Positions 11,266-21,391 of a stretch of DNA of 64,000 nt are shown piece after piece. The stretch covers positions 576,001 through 640,000 of the forward strand of contig OZ001293.3 in NCBI GenBank assembly GCA_963921275.4, in the 5' to 3' direction. Under the pieces are notes generated by a model. It ran no database searches. It worked only from the letters and a program-made list of their open reading frames with translations, and had not been told where the DNA came from. The translations under genes were made by a program, and so were the position numbers. Within the stretch, counting starts at the first letter, position 1; each line of letters opens with the position of its first letter. The DNA comes from an uncultured Hormoscilla sp. (GTDB taxonomy: Bacteria; Cyanobacteriota; Cyanobacteriia; Cyanobacteriales; Desertifilaceae).

Positions 11266-11940
11266 ATGACTTCTGTGAATAAGCAAGATATGAAGGAAAA
11301 GCCGGCGAACAATAGTGAAAACCCTTGGATAGAGGGAATAAAGACGATCGCCATGAGTGGAATTTTGGCTTTTGGGATTAGAACTTTTGTAGCGGAAGCC
11401 CGTTATATTCCTTCGGGGTCGATGTTGCCAACTCTACAGATAAACGATCGCCTGATTATCGATAAGTTAGGTTATCGCTTCAGGGATCCGCAACGGGGAG
11501 ATATTGTGGTATTTAAGCCGACAGATGGACTGCTTGAGGACAATCCCAATCTGAAGGATGCTTTTATTAAGCGGGTGGTAGGTTTACCGGGAGAAAAGGT
11601 AGAGTTGCGCCAGGGAAAGGTCTATGTAAACGATCGCCCCCTGGCGGAAAAATATGTAGCTTCTGATTTTAACCCAGCTGCACCTGTGACGGCCTCATCG
11701 ACACATCAGCGGACGCAAATAAATGTCTGCCCACCAGATAAGCGGTTCCTCTCCCAACCAGTCACTGTGCCGGCCGACTCCTATCTGGTCATGGGCGATA
11801 ACCGCAATAATAGTTATGATAGCCGCTGCTGGGGGTTCGTGCCCCGCGATCGGATTATCGGCAGGGCGATCGTCCGCTTCTGGCCGTTTAATCACTTTGG
11901 TCAACTGGATGAGTCCTCGATATATCCCACTGAAAAGTAA
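11266..11940 (+). CDS. lepB: Signal peptidase I
   Basis: [20 protein letters not shown] and [11 protein letters not shown]. Confidence 0.95.
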   Translation: MTSVNKQDMKEKPANNSENPWIEGIKTIAMSGILAFGIRTFVAEARYIPSGSMLPTLQINDRLIIDKLGYRFRDPQRGDIVVFKPTDGLLEDNPNLKDAFIKRVVGLPGEKVELRQGKVYVNDRPLAEKYVASDFNPAAPVTASSTHQRTQINVCPPDKRFLSQPVTVPADSYLVMGDNRNNSYDSRCWGFVPRDRIIGRAIVRFWPFNHFGQLDESSIYPTEK

Positions 11941-12254
11941 AATACTGAGTGTTATTTTGACTTGAGAGGATAGTGCGATCGCTTTTTAACTGGGAAAATG
12001 CGATCGCGCTCTGTGTTCGTGGTAAGGGATCTATTATCCAATTATAACAACTGCGGTAGCTACGTTGGTCTTTGTTGAGTGGTTTATCTCTAATCTGGGT
12101 TGAATATATGTTACAGTTAAGGGATTACTTACTCTCTGGTAAGGTGGAAACTGTATATCTACCTCCTAAAGGGGGAAGTTTACTGGCATCCTGTCTTTTG
12201 CTGGCTTCTGTTTTGCTACTATCACTTTATCCGCCTGTACAGGAGAACCGGTTA

Positions 12255-12400
12255 TGACTTCATCAAACAAGGAAATTGTCACCCTTGATGTTGGTCCCAA
12301 TTTGGTGGACTGCGTTGGCGTTGTTCCCCAGAAATGTATGTTGGTGCGCGATGATCGGGATTTTACCTATTTCTATGAGGCTATTGAACAGTTGTCAAAG
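12255..12400 (+). pseudogene. DUF4377-like fragment
   Basis: An alternative frame reads VGPNLVDCVGVVPQKCMLVR..FYEAIE. Confidence 0.4.
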
Positions 12401-12449
12401 ACTCCCGCTACCCCGTAGAAGCGCTAAAGCGCTTACTACAAACGGCTTA

Positions 12450-13688
12450 TTACAAATGGACAACGCGCCCCTGTAATTTGCGCCCTAACCAAGGCGTATT
12501 AGCAGCACGAGATTTCAGAGTTCGATTCTCAACAGTCCAGGTTTGTTGAGGGTCAAATAGCATAAGTTCCGCTGGTTCTCCTGCTGATATGACAGCAGGT
12601 TTCTGCTGCAAACATAAGGCCGGATTTGTACTCATACTCCGCCATAATTGAGCAGCTGATAATTGCCCGGTTTCTACCAAACTGTGCCATAATAACGGTA
12701 ATGCTAGTTCTAACCCGATCGCCCCTGGGGGTGCTTCGGCAAAAGCTACGGTTTTTTCCTCGTAGGTATAGGGACTGTGGTCGATCGCGATCGCATCGAT
12801 TACCCCATCCCTGACTCCGGCAATTAAACTCTCCCGATCGACCGGGTTTCCTAAAGGCGGTTCCAAGCGCAAATTCGGGTCATAGCAATGAGTGGCGAGA
12901 TCCTTCGTATCCAGCAACAGATGCATCCAGGTAGTGCTAGCTGTCACGGGCAATTTGCGAGTCTTAGCATCGTAGATCAGTTCCACAGCCCCAGCAGTAG
13001 AAACCCGCATCACATGCACCCCCGTACCAGTATATTCCACCAATTGTAACAAAGCCGCCAGGGCAATTGTTTCCGCAATTGCTGGAGTTCCCGGTAACCC
13101 CAAACGTAGAGAGAAAATTCCCTCTCGCATCACCCCATCTGCCGCCAAACTGCCATTATTCGGCCACAGGGCCACGGGCTTTTTTAAAGGCTGCAAGTAT
13201 TCTAACAAACGTCTGAGTAGAGCCAAATTTTCCACAGGCTTACCATCAGCAAAACCTACCACTCCTGCTGCTGCTAACTCTGCTAATTCAGTCATCTGTA
13301 ATCCTTGGATCCCCAAAGTAAGAGCCCCCCAGCAATAGAGATGGGGGGCTCTTTTTATCAATGCCAAAGCACCCGGGTTATCCACTGGCGGCACCGTATC
13401 TGGTAAAATGGCAATTCTGGTAAAACCCCCCGCCGCCGCCGCTGCCATCAGAGACTCTAAAGTTTCCCGCTGCTCAAACCCAGGTTCTCCAGAATGGCTG
13501 TACAGGTCCACTAACCCCGGTCCCATTACCAGTCCCCGGCAATTCTTCACCTTCTCCTCACTTGGGTAGTCCGTAATTATTGGGGCAATCTCCTTAATAT
13601 AACCCTCTTCTATCAGCACATCGCCTACTCTATCCGTACCCGAAACTGGCTCAATTAAACGCAATTGTTGCAGCAGTAATTCACTCAT
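12450..13688 (-). CDS. Dihydroorotase-like protein (PyrC', probably non-catalytic)
   Basis: VDLYSHSGEPG, LPDT and IAIDHSP; several metal ligands are substituted. Confidence 0.85.
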   Translation of the reverse strand: MSELLLQQLRLIEPVSGTDRVGDVLIEEGYIKEIAPIITDYPSEEKVKNCRGLVMGPGLVDLYSHSGEPGFEQRETLESLMAAAAAGGFTRIAILPDTVPPVDNPGALALIKRAPHLYCWGALTLGIQGLQMTELAELAAAGVVGFADGKPVENLALLRRLLEYLQPLKKPVALWPNNGSLAADGVMREGIFSLRLGLPGTPAIAETIALAALLQLVEYTGTGVHVMRVSTAGAVELIYDAKTRKLPVTASTTWMHLLLDTKDLATHCYDPNLRLEPPLGNPVDRESLIAGVRDGVIDAIAIDHSPYTYEEKTVAFAEAPPGAIGLELALPLLWHSLVETGQLSAAQLWRSMSTNPALCLQQKPAVISAGEPAELMLFDPQQTWTVENRTLKSRAANTPWLGRKLQGRVVHL

Positions 13689-13830
13689 TATCGCTAATTT
13701 TCAATTGTTACCCTTTCTTCCTCTCGTTCTTCTCGTTCCCAGGTAGAACCTGGGAACGGTCTTCTGAGGCTCCCGCCTCCAATCAGCGCAGGAGTGCCGA
13801 GTCAAGATTGGAATATATGGTATTACCGTA

Positions 13831-13910
13831 CCATTTCTAGCATCTGGTGGGCGGTGCCCACCCTACATAAATTGCCATTTCTAGCATCTGGTGGGCGGTG
13901 CCCACCCTAC
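13831..13910. repeat. Duplicated GTAG-type REP-like palindrome
   Basis: ccatttctagcatctggtgggcggtgcccaccctac occurs twice. Confidence 0.7.
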
Positions 13911-15289
13911 AGTGCTCCTGCTGCTGTTTGGTCGAGAATACTGCCACTAATGTGGGTAGTAATATTATGAGTTTCTAGCACGGGTTTTCCTTCCAGTCCT
14001 TTGGGGTAATCTATCACCGTAACTGCACAATTTCCCTGCTTAAATTTCCAGAAATGCTCTGGAGACAAGCCAAACAATTGGCAGAGAACAGCTTTATTGA
14101 TCGCGTCGTGGGCAACCACTAGACCTATACTGTTAGGGGGCGCCGATTTAACGATTTCATTCCAAGCTGCCATTCCCCGTTCCCAGACCTGCTGCAAGTT
14201 TTCTCCCTCCGGCATTTGCACCGTTGCCGGATCAGTTTTCCATTGCTCTAATTGACCTGGAAACCCTTTTTCAATTTCTGCTTTTAACTTCCCTTCCCAC
14301 AAACCGTGACTTATTTCTCTGAGTCCCTCAGACAGTTGCAGCTGCAATTGTGGGTGATGCTTTCGATGCCTCTCGGGAGCGCTAATCGCACTACCCGAGA
14401 GGCATCGGAGAATAATTTCTGCTGTTTCCTTGGGGCGTAACATGGGACTAGAAAAGGTAAAATCAATCTTCACATCTTTGAGAAACTCCCCAGCTTTCTG
14501 GGACTGTTGGCGCCCGGTTTCATTCAGCGGAATATCATTCCATCCCTGAAAGCGTTTCTCGCGGTTCCATTGTGTTTCCCCGTGACGCACTAGCAACAGT
14601 CGGCAACCCCGATGTCCTTCTCGCGGTTTGGGGAAACTCTCTCCCATATGAGATGTGAGATTCATCGATTCTAGCTGCACTGCTTCGCCCAAATCTCCAG
14701 CAAAATTCAGCACGCTGATGCTGCAGTTAGACTGCTGGAGCGAATGGTAGTAAGCTTGTGGAATTTCCACAGCGCTTGCCAGCAAGCAACGGTTAATGCC
14801 GTTGTGCGCCACTACCATAATTGTCTTGCCTTGATGGCGAGGCAAAACTTCCTGCCAGAATTTCTTTGCTTGCTCGTAGAGTGCTAAAACTGGATAATGT
14901 TCTCTGTTTCCCTCTGGTTCGGGTACTAGCATGTGAAATTCATCGGGACGTTCCTTCCAGCAGCGGTAGTCGGCGGCAAATTTTTCCTTTACCTCATCCC
15001 TGAGCATTTCTTCCCAGAGAGGCAGGTCGATCTCCCTCAAATTATCTACCTCACGCAATTCCAGCGATGGCTCTAAGCAGGATGCGATAATTTCTGCCGT
15101 GCTTTTCGCCCGTTGCAGAGGACTACAGTAGATGGCATCAAAGCTGAGACTCTTCAGGGCCGCACCCACTTTGCTGGCGTCGGCACGACCTTTTTTCGTT
15201 AAGACTGAATTGTCACACCGGCCCTGAATGCGGCCCTCAATATTGTAACTGCTTTGACCGTGACGGACTAGAATAACGCGAGTAGTCAA
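13907..15289 (-). CDS. Two-domain histidine phosphatase (phosphoglycerate mutase family)
   Basis: Two RHG motifs (LVRHGQS, LVRHGET); in-frame 45-nt insertion at 14362-14406. Confidence 0.9.
   Translation of the reverse strand: MTTRVILVRHGQSSYNIEGRIQGRCDNSVLTKKGRADASKVGAALKSLSFDAIYCSPLQRAKSTAEIIASCLEPSLELREVDNLREIDLPLWEEMLRDEVKEKFAADYRCWKERPDEFHMLVPEPEGNREHYPVLALYEQAKKFWQEVLPRHQGKTIMVVAHNGINRCLLASAVEIPQAYYHSLQQSNCSISVLNFAGDLGEAVQLESMNLTSHMGESFPKPREGHRGCRLLLVRHGETQWNREKRFQGWNDIPLNETGRQQSQKAGEFLKDVKIDFTFSSPMLRPKETAEIILRCLSGSAISAPERHRKHHPQLQLQLSEGLREISHGLWEGKLKAEIEKGFPGQLEQWKTDPATVQMPEGENLQQVWERGMAAWNEIVKSAPPNSIGLVVAHDAINKAVLCQLFGLSPEHFWKFKQGNCAVTVIDYPKGLEGKPVLETHNITTHISGSILDQTAAGAL
14362..14406. 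mobile_element. 45-nt hairpin micro-element, in frame within the CDS
   Basis: TTCGATGCCTCTC-GGGAGCGCTAATCGCACTACCC-GAGAGGCATC. Removing it gives EIILQHHP. Confidence 0.85.
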
Positions 15290-15469
15290 GAGTTCTCTCC
15301 TCCGTATTTTGCGCGACAGCTGGATTTACATATGCAACGCCAATATTTTACCCTGTCTGGGGCACTGGGAGCTTGATATTCTTACTACTCTGATGGTTTC
15401 ATCGGTATCCAGAAACCCGGTTTTGCCGGAATTACCGGGTTTCTTATACGCAGTCCGCAGCCCATGCGC

Positions 15470-15885
15470 TATTCTTTCATTAATATGCTCCCAAGGCACT
15501 TGCTCCCATATAATGAACCGCCATCGGGTGATCGCTAAAACCCAAAATACTTGCGCAATATAGCCTTCGCCTGGTGAGCGTAGTTCAGTTTCCAGTTGAC
15601 CCAACTGTTGTACCAGTCTGACTTTATCGAAGGTCATTGGTTCGACACAGACTAACAAACTATCTACCGATAAACCATTTTCTGCCGATGATGGTACGAC
15701 CACCACAGCCGGAGAAATTCTAGGATCGTTCGGACTGGTTGAGGTAAAGGGCAAAACAGTCACCTTGGTGCGCTGGGCATTATACAGAAGCAGAAATTAC
15801 CAGGGCTGGACGTGCGCGTGCGAATTTCCGTGCCTACTGACGGTTCAAACCTGACTATCCAGATACTTCCTAATCCATAATCGCT
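15470..15885 (-). pseudogene. PemK/MazF-family toxin, frameshifted
   Basis: IWIVRFEPSVGTEIR, a frameshift, then RPALVIS...TKVTVLPFTS...NGLSVDSLLVCVEPMTFDKVRL. 3' end approximate. Confidence 0.7.
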
Positions 15886-16125
15886 CTTGCGGTGTCCCCT
15901 GGGAGCGCTACTCGCACTACCCAGGGGACACCGCTCTGCCATTCTTCATCCCAGCCTAAATCTAGTTCATCAACCAGTCTACAAGCCTCCGCTAGGGCCT
16001 TGTCTTCCTGCTGCTGCCGCCATTGTTGCAAGAGAGATTCAATCAAGGCGCTACGGTTGTCTACCTTTTGGTCTAGGTATGCCAGCAAGTCATCGGGCAT
16101 GGGCGGCCATTTGCTACGATGAGTC
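15870..16125 (-). CDS. CopG/RHH-like antitoxin with an in-frame 45-nt insertion
   Basis: PDDLLAYLDQKVDNRSALIE, directly upstream of the toxin. Insert at 15888-15932. Start uncertain. Confidence 0.6.
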
Positions 16126-16215
16126 CTACTTTGATTAGCATAGCAATAAAAATACGGCTCTGGGGCGCTTTAGCGCCACACGATCAAACTGAGCACTACT
16201 ATTGACAACAGACGA

Positions 16216-17769
16216 ATGACTATCAAGCGGTTTATTTTAGGTGCCCTCACAGTTTTGGCTCTGGCCCTAGTTGGTCTGTCTCTGTACAGCAGCTGGAGTC
16301 AGCCTCAGTTTCAAGGTCGTCTGGAACTCTATGAAACTAATCTCTTACTTCAAGCTAGCGAGTGGCAAGGCGGTTCTGACGATGGGCGTGAGAACTCTGT
16401 ACGCGATCTACTGCTAGGGTCCGGCGTGACTGAAACTGCCTTACAACAGTATCTCGATGCCCGCGATCGGGCCCAGTCCTTACTAGACCAACTCCAGATG
16501 CAACTCCCACAGTCCGCCGATCCCAGCATCCCCGGGCAAATATCTCAGCTGCACAATGAGATCGATCGACTGAATCTGCGCCTCGGCATTTTACAGATAG
16601 CTACCGATCAAACCTTCGATGCCGTCGGGGTGTCGCGCTACTCGCACTACCCCACGATGCGCGAAAAATCGCGCATCGAGGCCGCAATGGATACCTGGGA
16701 CAATTTATCTGACTCTTCAAGGTTGGTTAATACTGCTATCCTCTTAGAGGGACTTTGGAAAGATCCTCCTCGCTTCCCCGCTGATACTGAGCTCCAAATT
16801 AACGAACAGTTGGACGGATGGTTCCGCTATCAAGCTTTATTGCGACTTTATCAATTACAGAAACGCCAGGACTTATTTGGGGCCCTGTCCGCTGCGGAAC
16901 AAGAAGTGGCCCAGGAAGTTTTTTTCAAGTTAGTGCTAGCTAGCGGTATTCAAACTTTAGCCGCAGTCTTGGGGACAGGATTGTTAATTTTTATTCTGGT
17001 CCAGCGGCTGCTGAAAGGTAAAGAATCCCTCTGGACTCAGAATGTCGATCTTTCCTGGTTCGCCCCTTGGGATCTAGAGACGATTTTGCAGGTACTTGTC
17101 CTCGGGTTTTTCTTTGTCGGACAAATTCTTATCCCCCTGTTCTTGCAGTTGCTGCCCATCAACGAAGCTGCTGCTGGCGCTACCACTCAGGCTTTTTATA
17201 TTCTGGTAAATTATCTGCTACTCGCTTTGGGGGGCTTGTTAGTATTAGTGCTATCTGTAAAGCAATTTTTACCCTTGCCCAGCCCTTGGTTTCGTTTTGA
17301 TTGGCTAGAATATCAATGGTTAGGATGGGGACTGGGTGGCTTTCTGGCCGCCATGCCTTTGGTGATTGCCGTATCTTTGATTAATCAGCAGTTCTGGCAA
17401 GGACAGGGGGGCAGTAATCCCATTCTGCCTCTCGCTTTGCAGGGTCGCGAACCCTTGGCGATCGCCCTTTTCTTCTTGACTGGTTCGGTAGCTGCACCTA
17501 TCTTTGAAGAAATCATCTTCCGAGGATTTCTCTTGCCCTCTTTAACTCGCTATTTTCCCCTTTGGGGGGCGATCGCCTTTTCGAGTCTCTTGTTTTCTGT
17601 CGCTCACCTCAATCTCTCGGAAGTCCTGCCCCTGATGACTTTGGGCATGGTGCTGGGGTTCGTTTATACCCGATCGGGCAATCTCCTAGCTCCCATTTTA
17701 CTCCACAGTCTCTGGAATGGCAGCACCTTATTCACTCTCTTTCTCCTCGGCAGTGGTGCCAATGGTTAA
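16216..17769 (+). CDS. CPBP/Abi family intramembrane glutamic endopeptidase
   Basis: APIFEEIIFRG, FSVAH and LLHSLWN; in-frame 63-nt insertion at 16615-16677. Confidence 0.9.
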   Translation: MTIKRFILGALTVLALALVGLSLYSSWSQPQFQGRLELYETNLLLQASEWQGGSDDGRENSVRDLLLGSGVTETALQQYLDARDRAQSLLDQLQMQLPQSADPSIPGQISQLHNEIDRLNLRLGILQIATDQTFDAVGVSRYSHYPTMREKSRIEAAMDTWDNLSDSSRLVNTAILLEGLWKDPPRFPADTELQINEQLDGWFRYQALLRLYQLQKRQDLFGALSAAEQEVAQEVFFKLVLASGIQTLAAVLGTGLLIFILVQRLLKGKESLWTQNVDLSWFAPWDLETILQVLVLGFFFVGQILIPLFLQLLPINEAAAGATTQAFYILVNYLLLALGGLLVLVLSVKQFLPLPSPWFRFDWLEYQWLGWGLGGFLAAMPLVIAVSLINQQFWQGQGGSNPILPLALQGREPLAIALFFLTGSVAAPIFEEIIFRGFLLPSLTRYFPLWGAIAFSSLLFSVAHLNLSEVLPLMTLGMVLGFVYTRSGNLLAPILLHSLWNGSTLFTLFLLGSGANG

Positions 17770-18279
17770 TTCGCGATCGCCTTCCACTTGCAAGAAACCG
17801 GGTTTCTACTATAGATTTTGGTCTTTTACCAAGGTTGACTTATAGAAACCCGGTTGCTGTCCCCTGATGCGGGCGAGCGCCGGTCAAAAACTCGCGATTT
17901 TTCGGACCGTCCGCGGGCCGATCGCCGGTTTCGATCGCGGTGCGATTAATTCAGGCAGGAGCGTCTTGAGGGTCTATACTTAAATTTAGACCCGAGAATT
18001 TTTTGCCTAGTCCCTAGTCCAAGCAACAACTTCAAGAAATTTTTATAGTCAGGAGTAGTTATATATAGATAAAAACTCGATTTTTAATTTTCAACAATAA
18101 ATTGTTAATTGCTAATTGCTATGATAGAATATCAGCATGATTAACCTTAATATGTTCGGCTGTAAACTGACGACTGACTGGCTAGACGCCAGTTATACCA
18201 ACTGACCACTCACAACTAGCGATCGAGTCTAACTCGTCAAGCTGATAATGCAATAATTATTTGCAGATGTTTTTTGGCA

Positions 18280-18561
18280 ATGAATGAGTCCATCAAGCCT
18301 ATTCAAAAAATTCTCTTTGGGAGTCCCGGCACCGGCAAAAGCTATAAAATACGACAAATTGCTATTGAAAAGTTAGGCATTGAAGTCGATCCAGATAGCC
18401 AACTCCTTAAAAATACTGTGAAAACCGTATTCCACCCAGAGTACACTTATGCAGATTTTATGGGAAAATTACTGCCTTTAACTCAGGGAAATTCTATTAT
18501 ATATAAATTTTATCCCGGTCATTTTCTGCAAATATTAGGGATGGCCTATAAGGGGTTCTGA
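18280..18561 (+). pseudogene. McrB-like AAA GTPase N-terminal fragment
   Basis: ILFGSPGTGKS and TVFHPEYTYADFMG, then a stop. Confidence 0.7.
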
Positions 18562-19478
18562 GAATATTGAAGAAATAAAAAATAGAAGTGTTAGAAAACA
18601 GTTTGTATATGAATATTTAATTCAAAAACATATTCAAAGTAATCAAAATCATTTGAGTCAATTAAATATTATGAGTGACTTTTGGATACCGGGCTATAAG
18701 CAAAATTATTCGATAGAATATTCGATCGAAAACAAGCAAAAATTTATGGACGGATATATCAAGCTTTGCAGTTTAGATTTTGAGCGTCTTGCTGAGACAT
18801 ATTTATCTTAGCCAATATTCACTCTCTTCATCCTCAATTGTTGTTGCTTGTCATTTTGCTAGAAACCGGGTTTATACCATAGCCTTTGGGATTTTACCAA
18901 GGTTGAATAATAGAAACCCGGTTTCTGTCTCCTGGTCCCAGCGATCGCTCCTGCTACGGGGCCAGTCACAGAGAGGCGATCGCCTCTCTGTGTATAAATT
19001 GGGGTTTTGCTTTCATCTCATCGTTTGTCCGAAGAGATTAATAACAGTAAGTTTGTTATTAATGTTTTGTCCATCCTGTAGGTCTTCGCTGTAGAGAATA
19101 TCGCAACCAACTTCTAAGGAACTGGCAATAATGAGGCTGCTGTGTACCACGGGTAGTGCGGGTACGATGTTCCCCCTTTTGTGCGATTACGATGTCTGAC
19201 GGGTAATGCGATTAATGGGCCATGCAGTCTGGAGCTTGTTTTTGATTTGGGTAGATGGTGGTTGACTGAGAGGTGTACCTCACTAGGGTGAAACCCGCTA
19301 TAATACCATTCTCTCGTTCCCTGACGAAGGCAGAGAACGTCTTCGGGAGGCTCTGCCTCCTGACAGAACACGAGGCAGAGCCTTTGATCATCGTTGCTAG
19401 CTAGAAACTAGCAACGATGGAGCGCTTTCATATCTCGTTCCCATTAGCAATTCACAATTAGCAATTCACAATTAGCCA

Positions 19479-20405
19479 TTAGCCATAAAATTCCGGCTTC
19501 AAATCTCTTTCCATCAAGGCTTCCACAGCCTGTTGGGGCGTGATTTGATTATTCAGCAACAGATACACTTGCCAGGAGATGGGCACGGAGATTTGCTCCC
19601 GACGGGCAATATCAATCAGCACATTAGTAGTATTAACACCTTCGGCAGTACTCTGCAATTCTGCTAGGATTGCTTCTAGAGTTTTCCCCTGTGCCAAACC
19701 GTAACCAACCCGATAATTGCGACTGAGAGGGCTGTTGCAAGTTGTCAGAAGATCCCCTAAGCCAGATAATCCGAAAAAGGTTTCTCTTTGACCGCCTAAA
19801 TGGGTACCGATGCGAAGGATTTCTGTCAAGGCGCGAGTCAGGAGGGCCGACTTTGCATTGGCGCCCAGCTGCATGCCGTCGCAGACTCCAGCAGCGATCG
19901 CGATCGTATTCTTGAGAGTCCCGCCCAACTCGGTCCCCAGGGGGTCTGTACTGGTATAAACGCGAAACTTTTTGGAAGCAAAAACCTGTTGTGTGGCCAC
20001 AGCTGCATGGATATCTGTACTAGCAACAACAGTAGCAGCAGGCAGTTGCTGTGCGATCTCCTTAGAGAGATTTGGTCCAGAAAGCACTACAATAGGACGA
20101 TCGGGAAAGTTATCTTGCCAAATTTGGGCAGGAGTGCGCCTGCTGTGGGGGTCTAACCCCTTAGTAGCCGTGACAATTATCGCTCTTAGAGGGAGTCCGA
20201 TCGCCTGTATTTTGGTAGAAGTAGCAACAACTGCTGTCATCGGGATAGCAGAGACAACAAGAGAGACATCAGCTAAGACATCATGCAAACTGTAGGGGCT
20301 GCGGCGGGACCAGAGACGGACATGATGACCATTATCGCTAGCCAACTTAGCCAGGGCCGATCCCCAAGCCCCGGCACCGAGAATTGCCAGAATTAATTTC
20401 TTCAT
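19479..20405 (-). CDS. gpsA: NAD(P)H-dependent glycerol-3-phosphate dehydrogenase
   Basis: GAGAWG, SGPNLS, GGTLKN, GLGDLLTT and SRN. Confidence 0.95.
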   Translation of the reverse strand: MKKLILAILGAGAWGSALAKLASDNGHHVRLWSRRSPYSLHDVLADVSLVVSAIPMTAVVATSTKIQAIGLPLRAIIVTATKGLDPHSRRTPAQIWQDNFPDRPIVVLSGPNLSKEIAQQLPAATVVASTDIHAAVATQQVFASKKFRVYTSTDPLGTELGGTLKNTIAIAAGVCDGMQLGANAKSALLTRALTEILRIGTHLGGQRETFFGLSGLGDLLTTCNSPLSRNYRVGYGLAQGKTLEAILAELQSTAEGVNTTNVLIDIARREQISVPISWQVYLLLNNQITPQQAVEALMERDLKPEFYG

Positions 20406-20698
20406 CCGTTTGTAATGCCGGTTTGTAGTAAGGACTTTAGTCCTTACCTTATAATTCCTAATGCTGATATGAATACACCATCTCACTTCCTGGTCTCTTG
20501 TTGCTGTTTCCCCTGGAATGGACCATCCGCTTTCAAAGTCCTGTCAGCTATTGGGACGAGCGCTACTACGGACGAGAGTTTAGCCAGTTTGAAGCTATTT
20601 TAGACATTTATATTGAAAGCTTAACAGACAGTTTGGTGCATCTCTATTCCAGAAACCAGGTAACTCTTAACTTACCTGGTTTCTTAATTTAAAAGTTA

Positions 20699-21229
20699 CT
20701 ATTTAGGAGACTTCAAGTAATTGAGCATTGTATCTGCATCAGAAACTTCAAAGGGGTCATCGAGGGCATTGTCAGCAAAACCGGGCTCAACAAACATCTT
20801 TTCAATGGTGCCATCATTAACTACCATTGAGTAGCGCCAAGAACGCATCCCAAACCCGAGATTATCTTTTTCCACCAGCATCCCCATTTTCCGAGTGAAC
20901 TCACCGGAACCATCGGGCAGAAGGAAAATATTCTCCACCTTTTGATGTTTTCCCCACTGAAACATCACAAAGGCATCGTTAACGGATAGACAAATCACTT
21001 CATCTATTCCTAGTGCCTTAATTTCATCATAGAGTTCTTCGTAGCGGGGCAGATGGGTAGAAGAACAGGTGGGCGTAAAGGCACCGGGCAGCGCAAACAA
21101 TACTACCCGTTTCCCACCAAATACCTCTTGGGTGGTGCGGTCTTGCCAGCGAAAAGGATTGGGTCCGGCGACTGATTCATTTCTGACCCTTGTCTTAAAT
21201 AACACGTCTGGTACTCGAGCGTTATACAT
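20699..21229 (-). CDS. Type II peroxiredoxin (Prx5-like)
   Basis: [18 protein letters not shown] and RSWRYSM. Confidence 0.93.
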   Translation of the reverse strand: MYNARVPDVLFKTRVRNESVAGPNPFRWQDRTTQEVFGGKRVVLFALPGAFTPTCSSTHLPRYEELYDEIKALGIDEVICLSVNDAFVMFQWGKHQKVENIFLLPDGSGEFTRKMGMLVEKDNLGFGMRSWRYSMVVNDGTIEKMFVEPGFADNALDDPFEVSDADTMLNYLKSPK

Positions 21230-21391
21230 TGTTTTACTTTGCTCTCGTTGGATATTCATCAACATCCCCATTATACACATGAAGCGGAAATTAATGCAAG
21301 TAATTTCTGAGACATCGCAGGAAGGTTGCCCTCGCAGCGGAGGGGGCCCGGGGAGCGTGTAGCCTGGGAACGGGTTCGGCCTTCATAATTA

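Noticed and set aside
9846..13688. Two dihydroorotases as a novelty
   Set aside because: An active plus a non-catalytic pair is common in cyanobacteria.
18280..18561. Functional McrBC system
   Set aside because: Only an N-terminal fragment is present and there is no mcrC.
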